Of a stretch of 40,227 bases of DNA, positions 9,344 to 18,044 are shown in pieces (position 1 is the first letter of the stretch; each line of letters begins with the position of its first letter). The notes beneath the pieces were generated by a model. The model was not told where the DNA came from. It worked only from the letters and a program-made list of their open reading frames with translations, and made no database searches. A program made the translations under genes and the position numbers. Source of the stretch: Acidimicrobiia bacterium (GTDB lineage Bacteria; Actinomycetota; Acidimicrobiia; Spongiisociales; Spongiisociaceae). The stretch covers positions 1-40,227 of the forward strand of contig JBFGLM010000042.1 in assembly GCA_041576165.1 (NCBI GenBank), written 5' to 3'.

Positions 9344-9721
9344 CTAGTCGTGCTCGCCGAGAGCGATTGCGAACACCATGGCGGTGTCGTTGGTGTGGGT
9401 GATCGTCACCTCGATCTGGGTGACGCCCAGCATCTCAGCCCGCGCCCGGGCCGTGCCGAACAGGTTGACGGTGGGCTTGCCTCCCCCTGTGATTTCGATA
9501 TCCGTCCAGCGAATACGCCGCCACCCAGTGCCCATCGACTTCATGACGGCTTCTTTGCCGGCAAACCGGGCGGCGTATCGGCGGGCCGGTTTGGCGAACC
9601 GCGACGCATAGTCCTGTTCGTGATCGGTGAAACAGCGCTCTGCAAAGCGGGGATACCTGGACAGGAGTTCGTCAACACGATCGATCTCGGACAGATCGAT
9701 CCCAAGCCCGATGATCTTCAT
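9344..9721 (-). CDS. acpS: Holo-[acyl-carrier-protein] synthase
   Basis: IIGLGID, AARFAGKEAVMKSMGTG and ITHT motifs. TAGACT -10 (9728-9733) lies 6 nt upstream. Confidence 0.95.
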   Translation of the reverse strand: MKIIGLGIDLSEIDRVDELLSRYPRFAERCFTDHEQDYASRFAKPARRYAARFAGKEAVMKSMGTGWRRIRWTDIEITGGGKPTVNLFGTARARAEMLGVTQIEVTITHTNDTAMVFAIALGEHD

Positions 9722-9785
9722 CCCGCGAGTCTACGGCCGGATACTTCGCTGCACGCTCGATTCGCCGAATGCCAGACTGTCGTTG

Positions 9786-10418
9786 GTGGACGACCAGCAA
9801 CTACGGGCCCGGATCTACTCGTTCTTCGCCGAGCACGGGACCGCGCCGTCACACCGAGAACTCGAGTTGTGGGCTGGCGGTGCCGAGCCGGCCCAAGCCG
9901 CCCTGCACCGGCTACACGAAGCGCATGCCCTGGTGCTCGAGCCGGGCGGTGGTGACATCGGGAAGGCGCTGCCGTTCTCTGCCCGGCCCACCGATCACGT
10001 CGTTCGCAGCATGGACCGCCAGTGGTGGGCCAACTGCGCGTGGGACGCCTTGGCCATTCCCGTGACCGTGGGTGTCGACGCATCGATCGAGGCGCCCTGG
10101 ATGGATGACGGCACCCCGGTGGGACTCGCCGTCAAGGGTGGGAAGCTCTCGAGCACCGACGGTTTCGTTCATTTCACGATCCCGGCTCGACACTGGTGGG
10201 ACGACATCGCCGAGACATGACGCACAATCCGCTTCCTCCGGTCGGAGGAGCACCAGCCCGTGGTTGGAGAGGCAGTGCCGCTCGGCGCAATGTGGCCGCT
10301 GACGGTCGCCTGGTACGCCGACCGCCTCGACCCCGACTTCAAGCCGAGATCCCCGCATGATTATCAGCAAGTGCTGTCGTCGGTCGGGCTCCGCGGCGAC
10401 TTCTGGCAGCTCGGTTGA
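9786..10418 (+). CDS. MerB (alkylmercury lyase)-like protein, predicted selenoprotein (in-frame UGA 10218-10220 = Sec145, 210 aa)
   Basis: N-terminal HTH-like region, LPFSARPTDHVV and WANCAWDAL (MerB Cys-x-x-Asp). The frame continues past the TGA as U-RTIRFLRSEEH...AWYADRLDPDFKPR...GLRGDFWQLG to TGA 10416-10418. A SECIS-like hairpin follows the UGA. Confidence 0.85.
10231..10251 (+). promoter_or_regulatory. Bacterial SECIS element candidate
   Basis: GCTTCCTCC-GGTC-GGAGGAGC forms an 8-bp stem with a bulged U and a GGUC apical loop. It starts 10 nt after the UGA, with the loop G 19 nt downstream, like the E. coli fdhF SECIS. Confidence 0.8.
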
Positions 10419-10540
10419 CCGCGCTGCGTCAACGCCGACCTCTGGCAGGAGAAGCGTACGCCCGCCGGTCTGAAGCTCGGAAACCATGGGCCCGGCGCCC
10501 ATTGCGGACACCGGGCCCTCCTCCCTCTCCCCAGAGAGAC

Positions 10541-12367
10541 CTATTCGACCGTCACCGACTTGGCGAGGTTACGAGGCTGATCGATGTCATGTCCGAGCAC
10601 CAGCGCCACGTGGTAGGCCAGCAGCTGGAGGGGAACGATTGACAGCAGCGGAGCCAGGACGTCGTCGGTGCGGGGGATGGTGATCACCCGGTCCGCATAT
10701 TTGGCGGCCTCCTCGTCGTCCTCATACGCAACGGCGATGACGTGGGCACCCCGGGCCTTGACCTCCTGGAGCCCCGATACCGTCTTGTCGTAGACGTGTT
10801 GTTGGGTGAGCACCACCACTACCGGGGTGCCGTCGGTGATCAGGGCAAGCGTTCCATGTTTCAGCTCCCCGGCCGGCATCGCTTCCGAGTGGAGGTACGA
10901 GATCTCCTTCAGCTTGAGCGAGGCCTCGGTCGCAACCGCATAGTCGAGCCCCCGGCCGATGAAGTAGATGTCGTTGATCCCGGCTATCTCACCAGCCATT
11001 GCGGCGATCGCATCGGTATCGGCCAGAATCGACCGGACTTTGGCCGGGATGCGGCGGAGCCCGTCCGCCATCTGCTGCAACTCGAACGGATCGAGCGTGC
11101 CTCGCACCCGACCCAGATGCATTGCCATCAGGTACTCGCCGACCAGCATCGCCGTGTAAGCCTTCGTCGACGCGACCGAGATTTCTGGTCCGGCCCGGGT
11201 GTAGAGGATGTCGTCGGCGTATCGGCTGAGCGTCGAGCCGACCACATTGGTCAATGCCAGCACCCGGGAGCCTTGCGATTGCATCAGCCGGGCAGCGGCC
11301 ACCGTATCGGCAGTCTCGCCCGATTGGCTGACCGCGATCGTCACCGAGTCCGGCGACACGAGCGGTGCCCGGTATCGCAATTCGTGGGCGTAGGAGATCT
11401 CGACCGGTACCCGCGCCAGGCGTTCGAACAGCTCGCGACCGACCAGACCTGCGTGATAGGCCGTCCCGCAAGCAGTGATCCACATCTTCGACAGATCCTT
11501 GACCAGCGAGGGCGCCCAATCCGCGTCTTCGAACAGCACGCTGCCGTCCTCCTGCAGACGGCCGGACAGCGTTTGCTCGATCACCCCGGGTTGCTCGTGG
11601 ATCTCCTTGGACATGAAGTGCGCAAAGCCGCCCTTTTCGGCCTCCGCCGCCTCCCAATCGATGCGCATCACGGGACGCGCGACCGGATGCCCGGCAATGG
11701 TTTCGATCATGGCTCCCTCAGCGGTGACATCCACCATTTCCCCGTCGTCGACGACAATCACGTCGCGGGTATACGGCAACACAGCGGGAATGTCGGAGGC
11801 CAGGAAAGTCTCCCCTTCGCCGAGGCCAACGATCAACGGACTGACCATGCGGGCAGCGATGATGCGGCCGGGTTCCAGCCTGGTCATCGCGACCAGTGCA
11901 TACGCGCCTTCGGCCCGGGCGATGGCCCGGCGCACGGCTTCTTTCAGGTCTCCGTCGTACTCCTGGCCGATCAGGTGAGCCAGCACCTCTGTGTCGGTAT
12001 CCGACGTGAAGCTGTGCCCGGCGGCCACCAGCTGTTCTTTGAGCGGGAGAAAGTTCTCGATGATTCCGTTGTGGACCACGGCGATCTCGTGATGCGGGTC
12101 CGTATGGGGGTGGGAGTTGCGATCTGAGGGCTCACCGTGGGTGGCCCAGCGGGTGTGACCGATCCCGACGTTTCCTGCCAATGGGTCGTCCTGGATCAGC
12201 GCGACAAGTCGGTCGAGCTTGCCCTCTGCCTTGGCAATGTTGATCTCATCTCCGAGAGCGATGGCGATACCGGCCGAGTCGTATCCCCGGTACTCGAGTT
12301 TACGAAGGCCGTCAATCAAGACGTCCTGGGCCCGACGTGGGCCGGCGTACCCAACGATGCCGCACAT
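10541..12367 (-). CDS. glmS: Glutamine--fructose-6-phosphate aminotransferase
   Basis: MCGIVG start, LEYRGYDSAG, GHTRWATHG, SQSGETAD and PRNLAKSVTVE end. Confidence 0.98.
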   Translation of the reverse strand: MCGIVGYAGPRRAQDVLIDGLRKLEYRGYDSAGIAIALGDEINIAKAEGKLDRLVALIQDDPLAGNVGIGHTRWATHGEPSDRNSHPHTDPHHEIAVVHNGIIENFLPLKEQLVAAGHSFTSDTDTEVLAHLIGQEYDGDLKEAVRRAIARAEGAYALVAMTRLEPGRIIAARMVSPLIVGLGEGETFLASDIPAVLPYTRDVIVVDDGEMVDVTAEGAMIETIAGHPVARPVMRIDWEAAEAEKGGFAHFMSKEIHEQPGVIEQTLSGRLQEDGSVLFEDADWAPSLVKDLSKMWITACGTAYHAGLVGRELFERLARVPVEISYAHELRYRAPLVSPDSVTIAVSQSGETADTVAAARLMQSQGSRVLALTNVVGSTLSRYADDILYTRAGPEISVASTKAYTAMLVGEYLMAMHLGRVRGTLDPFELQQMADGLRRIPAKVRSILADTDAIAAMAGEIAGINDIYFIGRGLDYAVATEASLKLKEISYLHSEAMPAGELKHGTLALITDGTPVVVVLTQQHVYDKTVSGLQEVKARGAHVIAVAYEDDEEAAKYADRVITIPRTDDVLAPLLSIVPLQLLAYHVALVLGHDIDQPRNLAKSVTVE

Positions 12368-12440
12368 GTGTGAACCTCCAATCGTCGCGTCGAGAGCGGT
12401 GCGCGCAGGCGTGCGCGCGGATGGTGGATTCCACACCGGT

Positions 12441-12575
12441 GCGGGCTTTGTACCCGGGATTGCTCACGGGTTTTGTCCGCGCCGTCACGACCGTGGGGCC
12501 GAGAGGGCATCCGCCGAATCTGTCGATGACCCTCTTCCTCGTCACCCCATCCGGGGATGGGGCCAGGCGCTCAAA
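12441..12575 (-). ncRNA. glmS ribozyme/riboswitch (GlcN6P-activated)
   Basis: Minus strand reads AGCGCCTGG-[CCCCATC/GATGGGG P1]-TGACGAGG-AAGAGGG-TCATCGA...GGCGGATG-CCCTCT...ACAAAACCCG..GCAA..CGGGTACAAAG, directly upstream of glmS. Confidence 0.92.
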
Positions 12576-12595
12576 AGCTCTCAATTGTCGACGAC

Positions 12596-12601
12596 AGCAT
12601 A
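12596..12601 (-). promoter_or_regulatory. Putative -10 of the glmS leader
   Basis: TATGCT in an AT-rich patch ~25 nt upstream of the ribozyme cleavage site. Confidence 0.5.
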
Positions 12602-12674
12602 AACGTTGTTTTGTTGCTACACAGTGGTATCGGCATTGTCCCCGCCCGGATGAAGAGGGGGCAGGCCCGGGGCG

Positions 12675-14006
12675 TCAGCTGAGCGCCGACGCGGCGACTA
12701 CCGCCAGCTCGTCGGCGATGCGCTCCGCCGTGTCCGAGGTGGGTGCTTCGACCATGACCCGGACCAGCGGCTCCGTACCCGACGCCCTCACCAGCACCCG
12801 GCCGTCCTCACCGAGTTCGTTCTCCGCCGCCGCCACCGCATCCCATACGGCGCGGGCGTGGTCCAGCCGATCTTTGGAAGAGACCTTGACGTTGCGCAGC
12901 ACCTGCGGGAATTCGGTGATGACCTCGCGGCGCAGCTCGTGGAGCGGCTTGCCGGTGGCGGCCAGAACCTCGAGCAGCCTGATCGCAGTCAACAGGCCAT
13001 CACCGGTGCGCGCCCGATCGAGAAAGATGACGTGGCCCGATTGCTCTCCCCCGAGGATGGCTTTTCGTTGGAGCATCGCCTGCAGCACATACCGGTCGCC
13101 CACCTGGGTCTCGACCAGTTCGATCCCGGCTCTGCGCATCGCCTGACGGAACCCCAGATTGGCCATCACGGTGGACACCACCACATCGCCCCGGAGTCTG
13201 CCCTGTGCCTTGAGATGGCAGGCAATCACTGCCATGACCACGTCTCCATTGGCCGGCTCGCCCTGCTCATCCACCGCAATCAGCCGATCTGCGTCGCCAT
13301 CGAATGCCAATCCCAGCCGACCGGTAGCACGGGCCGCGACCGCAGCAGGCACGGTCGCACCGCAGCCATCATTGATGTTCATCCCGGTGGGCTCTGCGAA
13401 ATGCACCTCGACCGCCGCGCCGAGCATCTCGAGCAGCGCCGGCGCAGTCTGATAGGCGGCGCCGTGGGCCGCATCGACCACGACCTCGAGGCCGCTGAAG
13501 TTGAACGCAGCCGACTCTCGCAGAAGCTTCAGATAGCGGGCGGACGCATTTTCCACGTCGTGACGAGCGCCGACTTTCTCGGCGTAGGACACCTTGTACG
13601 GCGAGCTACTCCGCAGGCGGGCCTCGATGGCATCCTCTTGGTCGTCGGCGAGTTTGTAGCCCAGGCGGTCGAAGAACTTGATCCCGTTGTCGGGCGCAGA
13701 GTTGTGGCTGGCGCTGACCATGACCCCGGTATCGGCCCCGAGTTCGCCGATGAGGGCCGAAACGCCCCCTACCGGGATCACCCCGGCGTCGATGGTGTCG
13801 ATCCCGACCGAGTTGAAGCCGGCATGCAACGCCGCGCTCAGCATCGGCCCCGAACGACGCGTATCGCGACCGATCACGGCAGTCGTGGAGCCCAGCACCT
13901 CGCCACCGGCCCGAGCCAGAGCCATGGCAAGGTCGGGGGTCAAGTCCCGGTTGGCTACGCCCCTGACACCGTCGGTTCCGAAGAGGCGGCTGTCCAGCTC
14001 GAGCAT
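12675..14006 (-). CDS. glmM: Phosphoglucosamine mutase
   Basis: LFGTDGVRG, SASHN, FDGDADR, GGEQSGH and VRASGTEP motifs. Confidence 0.97.
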   Translation of the reverse strand: MLELDSRLFGTDGVRGVANRDLTPDLAMALARAGGEVLGSTTAVIGRDTRRSGPMLSAALHAGFNSVGIDTIDAGVIPVGGVSALIGELGADTGVMVSASHNSAPDNGIKFFDRLGYKLADDQEDAIEARLRSSSPYKVSYAEKVGARHDVENASARYLKLLRESAAFNFSGLEVVVDAAHGAAYQTAPALLEMLGAAVEVHFAEPTGMNINDGCGATVPAAVAARATGRLGLAFDGDADRLIAVDEQGEPANGDVVMAVIACHLKAQGRLRGDVVVSTVMANLGFRQAMRRAGIELVETQVGDRYVLQAMLQRKAILGGEQSGHVIFLDRARTGDGLLTAIRLLEVLAATGKPLHELRREVITEFPQVLRNVKVSSKDRLDHARAVWDAVAAAENELGEDGRVLVRASGTEPLVRVMVEAPTSDTAERIADELAVVAASALS

Positions 14007-14047
14007 GCGTACCTTTCGCGGCCGGCTGGTGCAACCGGCAGGCGCAA

Positions 14048-14443
14048 TCAGCGTTTCGTGTACTGGGGCGCCCGGCGTGCCTTGCGGAGCCCGTACTTCT
14101 TCCGCTCCACGACTCGGGCGTCGCGCGTCAGCAAGCCAGCTTTCTTCAGCTCGGGTCGCAACTCGGGATCGATCTCAACCAGTCCCCGCGAGATGCCCAA
14201 GCGAAGCGCGTCGGCCTGGCCGGTGATCCCTCCTCCATTGAGGTCGGCGATGACGTCGTATCGGCCCTCGGCGCCCGCCACCCGGAGCGGCTCCAGCACT
14301 CGGATGCGCTGTGCCATGGTGGGGAAGTACTCCTCCAACGGCCGGCTGTTGAGCATGATGCGACCGGTTCCCTGGTACATGCGCACTCTGGCGACCGACT
14401 CTTTGCGCCGGCCCGTCGCCTGTGTCAGCGGTTTGTCCGCCAT
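14048..14443 (-). CDS. rpsI: 30S ribosomal protein S9
   Basis: [11 protein letters not shown] and [19 protein letters not shown]. Confidence 0.98.
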   Translation of the reverse strand: MADKPLTQATGRRKESVARVRMYQGTGRIMLNSRPLEEYFPTMAQRIRVLEPLRVAGAEGRYDVIADLNGGGITGQADALRLGISRGLVEIDPELRPELKKAGLLTRDARVVERKKYGLRKARRAPQYTKR

Positions 14444-14901
14444 CAGGATTCCACCTTTCGAATGCTGAGTTCCAGGGGCTCGGGATTCTGCGCGCCGTGC
14501 GGATGGTCGGCACCCTGATATACCCGCAGTTTCTTCCCGATCCGCCGTCCGAGGCGGTTCTTGGGAAGCATCCCGCGTACCGCTCGCTCGATCACCTGCT
14601 CGGGTCGCCGCTGAATGAGCCGGTCGAACGACTCCTCACTCAACCCGCCCGGGTAACCGGAATGGCGGTAGTAGATCTTGTCCCGGCTTTTGTTCGAGGT
14701 CACCGCCACCTTCTCGCAGTTCACGACGATCACGTAGTCGCCCATGTCCATGTGCGGGGCGTAGGTCGGCTTGTGCTTGCCGCGCAGGATGGTGGCGACC
14801 TCCGATGCGAGGCGCCCCAGCGGAGCGTCGGCGGCATCGACGACATACCATTTGCGGTCGATGTCGGCCGCCTTCGGCGCAAAGGTCTTCAATCTGTGCA
14901 T
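14443..14901 (-). CDS. rplM: 50S ribosomal protein L13
   Basis: WYVVDA..LGRLAS..LRGKHKP and [16 protein letters not shown] before ATG 14901. Confidence 0.97.
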   Translation of the reverse strand: MHRLKTFAPKAADIDRKWYVVDAADAPLGRLASEVATILRGKHKPTYAPHMDMGDYVIVVNCEKVAVTSNKSRDKIYYRHSGYPGGLSEESFDRLIQRRPEQVIERAVRGMLPKNRLGRRIGKKLRVYQGADHPHGAQNPEPLELSIRKVES

Positions 14902-15085
14902 CTCGGGAATCTCCCGGTTGTGAGGTCCTGTCACGGGCATGCCGTCGGACGGTCTGCCTCGGCGCGGCCACCGGTGCAACTCTTCGAGCCCAACCGCGTC
15001 TCAGCCCGAGGTGTGCCATGGCGTAGAAACGCCCCGGAACGCCCGGGGACGGGACATGGTACCTCACCGGGTGAATCTGCGCCAA
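14902..15085 (-). promoter_or_regulatory. rplM promoter and ~150-nt structured leader
   Basis: TTGGCG-N18-TACCAT (15085-15056), followed by the hairpin CCCCGG-N5-CCGGGG (~15032-15048). Confidence 0.5.
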
Positions 15086-15091
15086 ACCCCA

Positions 15092-15832
15092 TCACGCTTT
15101 GGTGTAACAGACTTCCCAGAGGATGAGGCCGTGGGGCGGGGCCGCACCTCGTGCCTGGCCACGGTCGCGAGCCTCGAGCACTTCGGTGGTGGTCTCTGGA
15201 TCCATACGGCCGCGGCCCACCTCGACGCACAGTGCGACGATCGAGCGGACCATCTGGTGACAAAAAGCGGTTCCCTGCACTTCGAACTGCAGGATGTCCT
15301 CGGAGCAGGCCTTCCACGAGGCTCCGAGAATCCGCCGGATGGTGCTGCGACCCTCGGACTTCCGGCAAAACGACGCGAAATCGTGCTCGCCGACCAGGGC
15401 GGCCGCCGCCCGTCCCATCGCCTCGACGTCAAGGGGTTCCGAGATGTGCCACGCGATGTGACGCCGGAGCGGATCGATGTGCGGCCGGTTCAAGACGAAA
15501 TAGCGATAGCGCCTCGATGTAGCCGAGAAGCGGGCGCTGAAGGTCTCGTCCACCTCGATACAACGCGTGACGGCGATCTCCGGCGCCAGCAACTTGTGGA
15601 GGGACCGGGCCAGCCGCTCCGGCTGGACCCCGTCAAGCCGAAACGAGACGACCTGATGACGGGCGTGAACACCGGCGTCGGTTCGCCCGGCCGCCTCGGT
15701 GTCAACCTCGACTCCGCACACGGTCTCCAGAGCCGCCTCCAGTTCGCCCTGCACGGTGCGCTGCCCGGGCTGCCTGGCGTACCCGTGGAATCCGGAGCCG
15801 TCGTATCCAATGTCCAAGCGGTATGCGGGCAC
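15092..15832 (-). CDS. truA: tRNA pseudouridine(38-40) synthase
   Basis: YDGSGFHG, AGRTDAGVHA, FSARFSA, GEHDFASF, FCHQMVR and APPHGL motifs. Confidence 0.96.
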   Translation of the reverse strand: MPAYRLDIGYDGSGFHGYARQPGQRTVQGELEAALETVCGVEVDTEAAGRTDAGVHARHQVVSFRLDGVQPERLARSLHKLLAPEIAVTRCIEVDETFSARFSATSRRYRYFVLNRPHIDPLRRHIAWHISEPLDVEAMGRAAAALVGEHDFASFCRKSEGRSTIRRILGASWKACSEDILQFEVQGTAFCHQMVRSIVALCVEVGRGRMDPETTTEVLEARDRGQARGAAPPHGLILWEVCYTKA

Positions 15833-15842
15833 CCCTGCCCCC

Positions 15843-16325
15843 TCAGACCGAGAACACCACCACCAGCACCCACCAGGCGGCCACCCCCACTGCACTGGTC
15901 GCCAGGGACTGCTGTTGATCGAGGTCGAACAGCACCCGGGCAATGGCGGCCAGGCCGGCAAAGAACCAGAGCAAGGACGCAAGGAGGAGCCAGCCACGCA
16001 CGCCGGGCAAGAAGATCCCCAGCGCCCAGGGGAGAAAAGCGACGTGAGCGAATCCGGTCAGGCGCACGGTGGTGGGAATTCTGCCTTCTTGTTCGAATAC
16101 CTTCGTAGCCATCGCCCAGAACGCGAGGCTCACCAGCAACCAACGGATGATGCCGTTGAGGGCGATCGCCACCACCTGGATGATCCCGGCGTCACCGGTG
16201 AGGACCGCCACCGCAGCCGGAAAGGCGTACACCAGCGCAACCACGAGCACGGCATTGCCTGTGGCGTAGTCGTCGTACAGAAGCTCGCTGTAGAGCGAGC
16301 GGTCGAGCCGCCCGGCGCGAATCAA
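15843..16325 (-). CDS. Yip1-like integral membrane protein
   Basis: About five hydrophobic segments and an N-terminus of IRAGRLDRSLYSE..DDYATGNA. Start codon uncertain (TTG). Confidence 0.7.
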   Translation of the reverse strand: MIRAGRLDRSLYSELLYDDYATGNAVLVVALVYAFPAAVAVLTGDAGIIQVVAIALNGIIRWLLVSLAFWAMATKVFEQEGRIPTTVRLTGFAHVAFLPWALGIFLPGVRGWLLLASLLWFFAGLAAIARVLFDLDQQQSLATSAVGVAAWWVLVVVFSV

Positions 16326-16424
16326 CTGCTGCAGGATGATGGCCCCCTACTGCGGGTGTCGTAAGTGCAGCAGGGTACCACTGCCTCCGCACTGCACACG
16401 CAGAGGAGCGGGGTCGTCGGACCT

Positions 16425-16970
16425 TCATCTGCGGAGGGCCTTGCGCACCAGCCGTACCACCGACTGATCAGTATCGAGACCCGCCAGCTCATCCCAGCCG
16501 ACCCAACGAGACTGATGGCTGCCCGCGAGCGGCGGCTCGGGGCCCACGAAGTCGAACAGATAGCGGATGTCGTGGTGGAGGTGCTCGGGCTCGGAGCCGA
16601 AGGCGGGAATCGGATGAACGTCCACATCCATCAGCCCGCGGGACTCGACCGGGACCGGACCGACCTCCTCGAACGTTTCTCGTCTCGCCGAGTCGAGGAG
16701 TGATCGGTCCTCCGGCTCGACGTGGCCTCCCGGTTGCAGCCACCGGCGCAGCTTGGGATGGTGGACCAGCAGGACCCGGCCGGTGTCCTGGTTCCGCACC
16801 ACGGCTGAGGCAGTCAGATGACCGGGCTGGTATGAGGTCCGGGCCGCCGGTGCGTCCGCAGTCTCCATCAGCAACTGGATCTGGTGAAGCGCCCCTGCTT
16901 CGGCCTCATCGGACGGATCGAACACGTTCAGCTCGGCGGATAGCGCGCGCAAGAGGTGAGCCTCGGTCAC
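16425..16970 (-). CDS. NUDIX hydrolase
   Basis: GHLTASAVV, HHPKLRRWLQPGGHVE...ARRETFEEVG Nudix box and HLHHDIRY. The GTG start overlaps the upstream TGA (GTGA). Confidence 0.9.
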   Translation of the reverse strand: MTEAHLLRALSAELNVFDPSDEAEAGALHQIQLLMETADAPAARTSYQPGHLTASAVVRNQDTGRVLLVHHPKLRRWLQPGGHVEPEDRSLLDSARRETFEEVGPVPVESRGLMDVDVHPIPAFGSEPEHLHHDIRYLFDFVGPEPPLAGSHQSRWVGWDELAGLDTDQSVVRLVRKALRR

Positions 16971-17248
16971 CACATGGCCTCGGCCGCGGCAGCTCACAGT
17001 GAAGCCGTGTGGCGGGTGCCGCTCGACTCCTCGATATCGAGCTCCGGCCACGCCACTGCAAACGTGAGAGTGCCCTCGGGTGGCAACAGCCACCTCTGCA
17101 GCGGCTGGGTTCGGTGCGGGTCGGATCCGCTGCCGCCCCGCAATATCACGACCGGCGGCTCGTCTCCCGGCGGGCATGCCGCCCATTCCGGAATCTCGCG
17201 CCGGGCCTCCGGCGGTGGTGGGGGGACCGGGGCATCGAAGAAGCTCAC
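16967..17248 (-). pseudogene. Decayed proline-rich hypothetical gene with premature TGA
   Basis: Reads VSFFDAPVPPPPPEARREIPEW...WLLPPEGTLTFAVAWPELDIEES...ASL*AAAAEAMW*. TACCCT -10 lies 6 nt before GTG 17248, and the second stop is coupled to the NUDIX start. Confidence 0.55.
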
Positions 17249-17310
17249 CGGCGCAGGGTACCCGCCCGGCCCAGGTTCGGTCGCGTCCCGGTTGCAGCCG
17301 GCCCGAGGTT

Positions 17311-17341
17311 TTCCGTGGCGCGATCCGTGGTCGGCCCGGAT
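17311..17341. promoter_or_regulatory. Candidate operator upstream of the OsmC operon
   Basis: TCCGTGG direct repeat (17312-17318 and 17324-17330) plus an ATCCG-N9-CGGAT inverted repeat (17323-17341). Confidence 0.4.
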
Positions 17342-17474
17342 GCGGCGTTGGTGGCCCGCCCGGATGATGGCACGACACCCCCGACCGCCGGCCTGCAAGG
17401 CAGTACGGGCCGCCCCGGCCCCGGGCCGGTCGGATCCGACGATCGGTGTCTCCGACACCAGAGAAAGGAGCGAC

Positions 17475-18044
17475 ATGACTGTCACCGACAGCGCAACGCT
17501 GCCCAACGGCGTCGACATCGCCGCCATTCGGGAAGCCCGGTCTCTCATGACCGACTCTCCGGAACTGGCCGATTTCCAGTTCCGGGCCACGAACCAATGG
17601 GTCGAAGGCGTTCAGAGCCGAACCAGCTTCGAGACCTTCTACGGTGCCGGCGACGAGCAGCGCCACCGTCAGGTCTTCACGTTCGATGCCGACCACCCGG
17701 AACTGTTCGCCGCACCGGACAACGGCCCGACGCCGGTGGAGTTCGTGCTCCACGCCCTGGCGTCGTGCTTGACGGCCGGCATCGCCAGCATCGCCGCCCA
17801 TCGCGGCATCACGCTGCACCGGGTCACATCGACCGTGGAGGGCGACATCGACTTGCTGGGTCTGATGGGCATCGATTCCGGAGTACGTAACGGCTACTCG
17901 GCCATCCGGGTGAGTTTCGAGCTGGCAGGTGATGCGCCTGCCGAGGAGCTCGACAAGCTCGTCGCGCAATCGACCCGGCGCTCGGCCGTGTACGACGTCG
18001 TGACCAACGGCGTCCCGGTCGACATCAACGTCAAGGCGGCCTGA
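17475..18044 (+). CDS. OsmC family protein
   Basis: ADHPELF..DNGPTPVEFVLHALASCLTAG and VEGDIDLLG motifs. AAAGGAG SD. Confidence 0.92.
   Translation: MTVTDSATLPNGVDIAAIREARSLMTDSPELADFQFRATNQWVEGVQSRTSFETFYGAGDEQRHRQVFTFDADHPELFAAPDNGPTPVEFVLHALASCLTAGIASIAAHRGITLHRVTSTVEGDIDLLGLMGIDSGVRNGYSAIRVSFELAGDAPAEELDKLVAQSTRRSAVYDVVTNGVPVDINVKAA

Noticed and set aside
9627-10220. ORF-track 197-aa protein as the complete gene
   Set aside because: Its N-terminal part overlaps acpS antisense. The true start is likely GTG 9786, and the TGA is probably recoded.
10742-14468. Long antisense ORFs (10742-12127, 12858-14468; likewise 28325-29929 and 32595-33875)
   Set aside because: These are typical stop-poor shadow frames opposite conserved genes in high-GC DNA.
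16994-16996. In-frame TGA in the Pro-rich gene as a second selenocysteine codon
   Set aside because: It has no Cys/redox-motif context and no fdhF-like SECIS at the right distance, and only 8 codons follow. A CGA>TGA nonsense change is more parsimonious.
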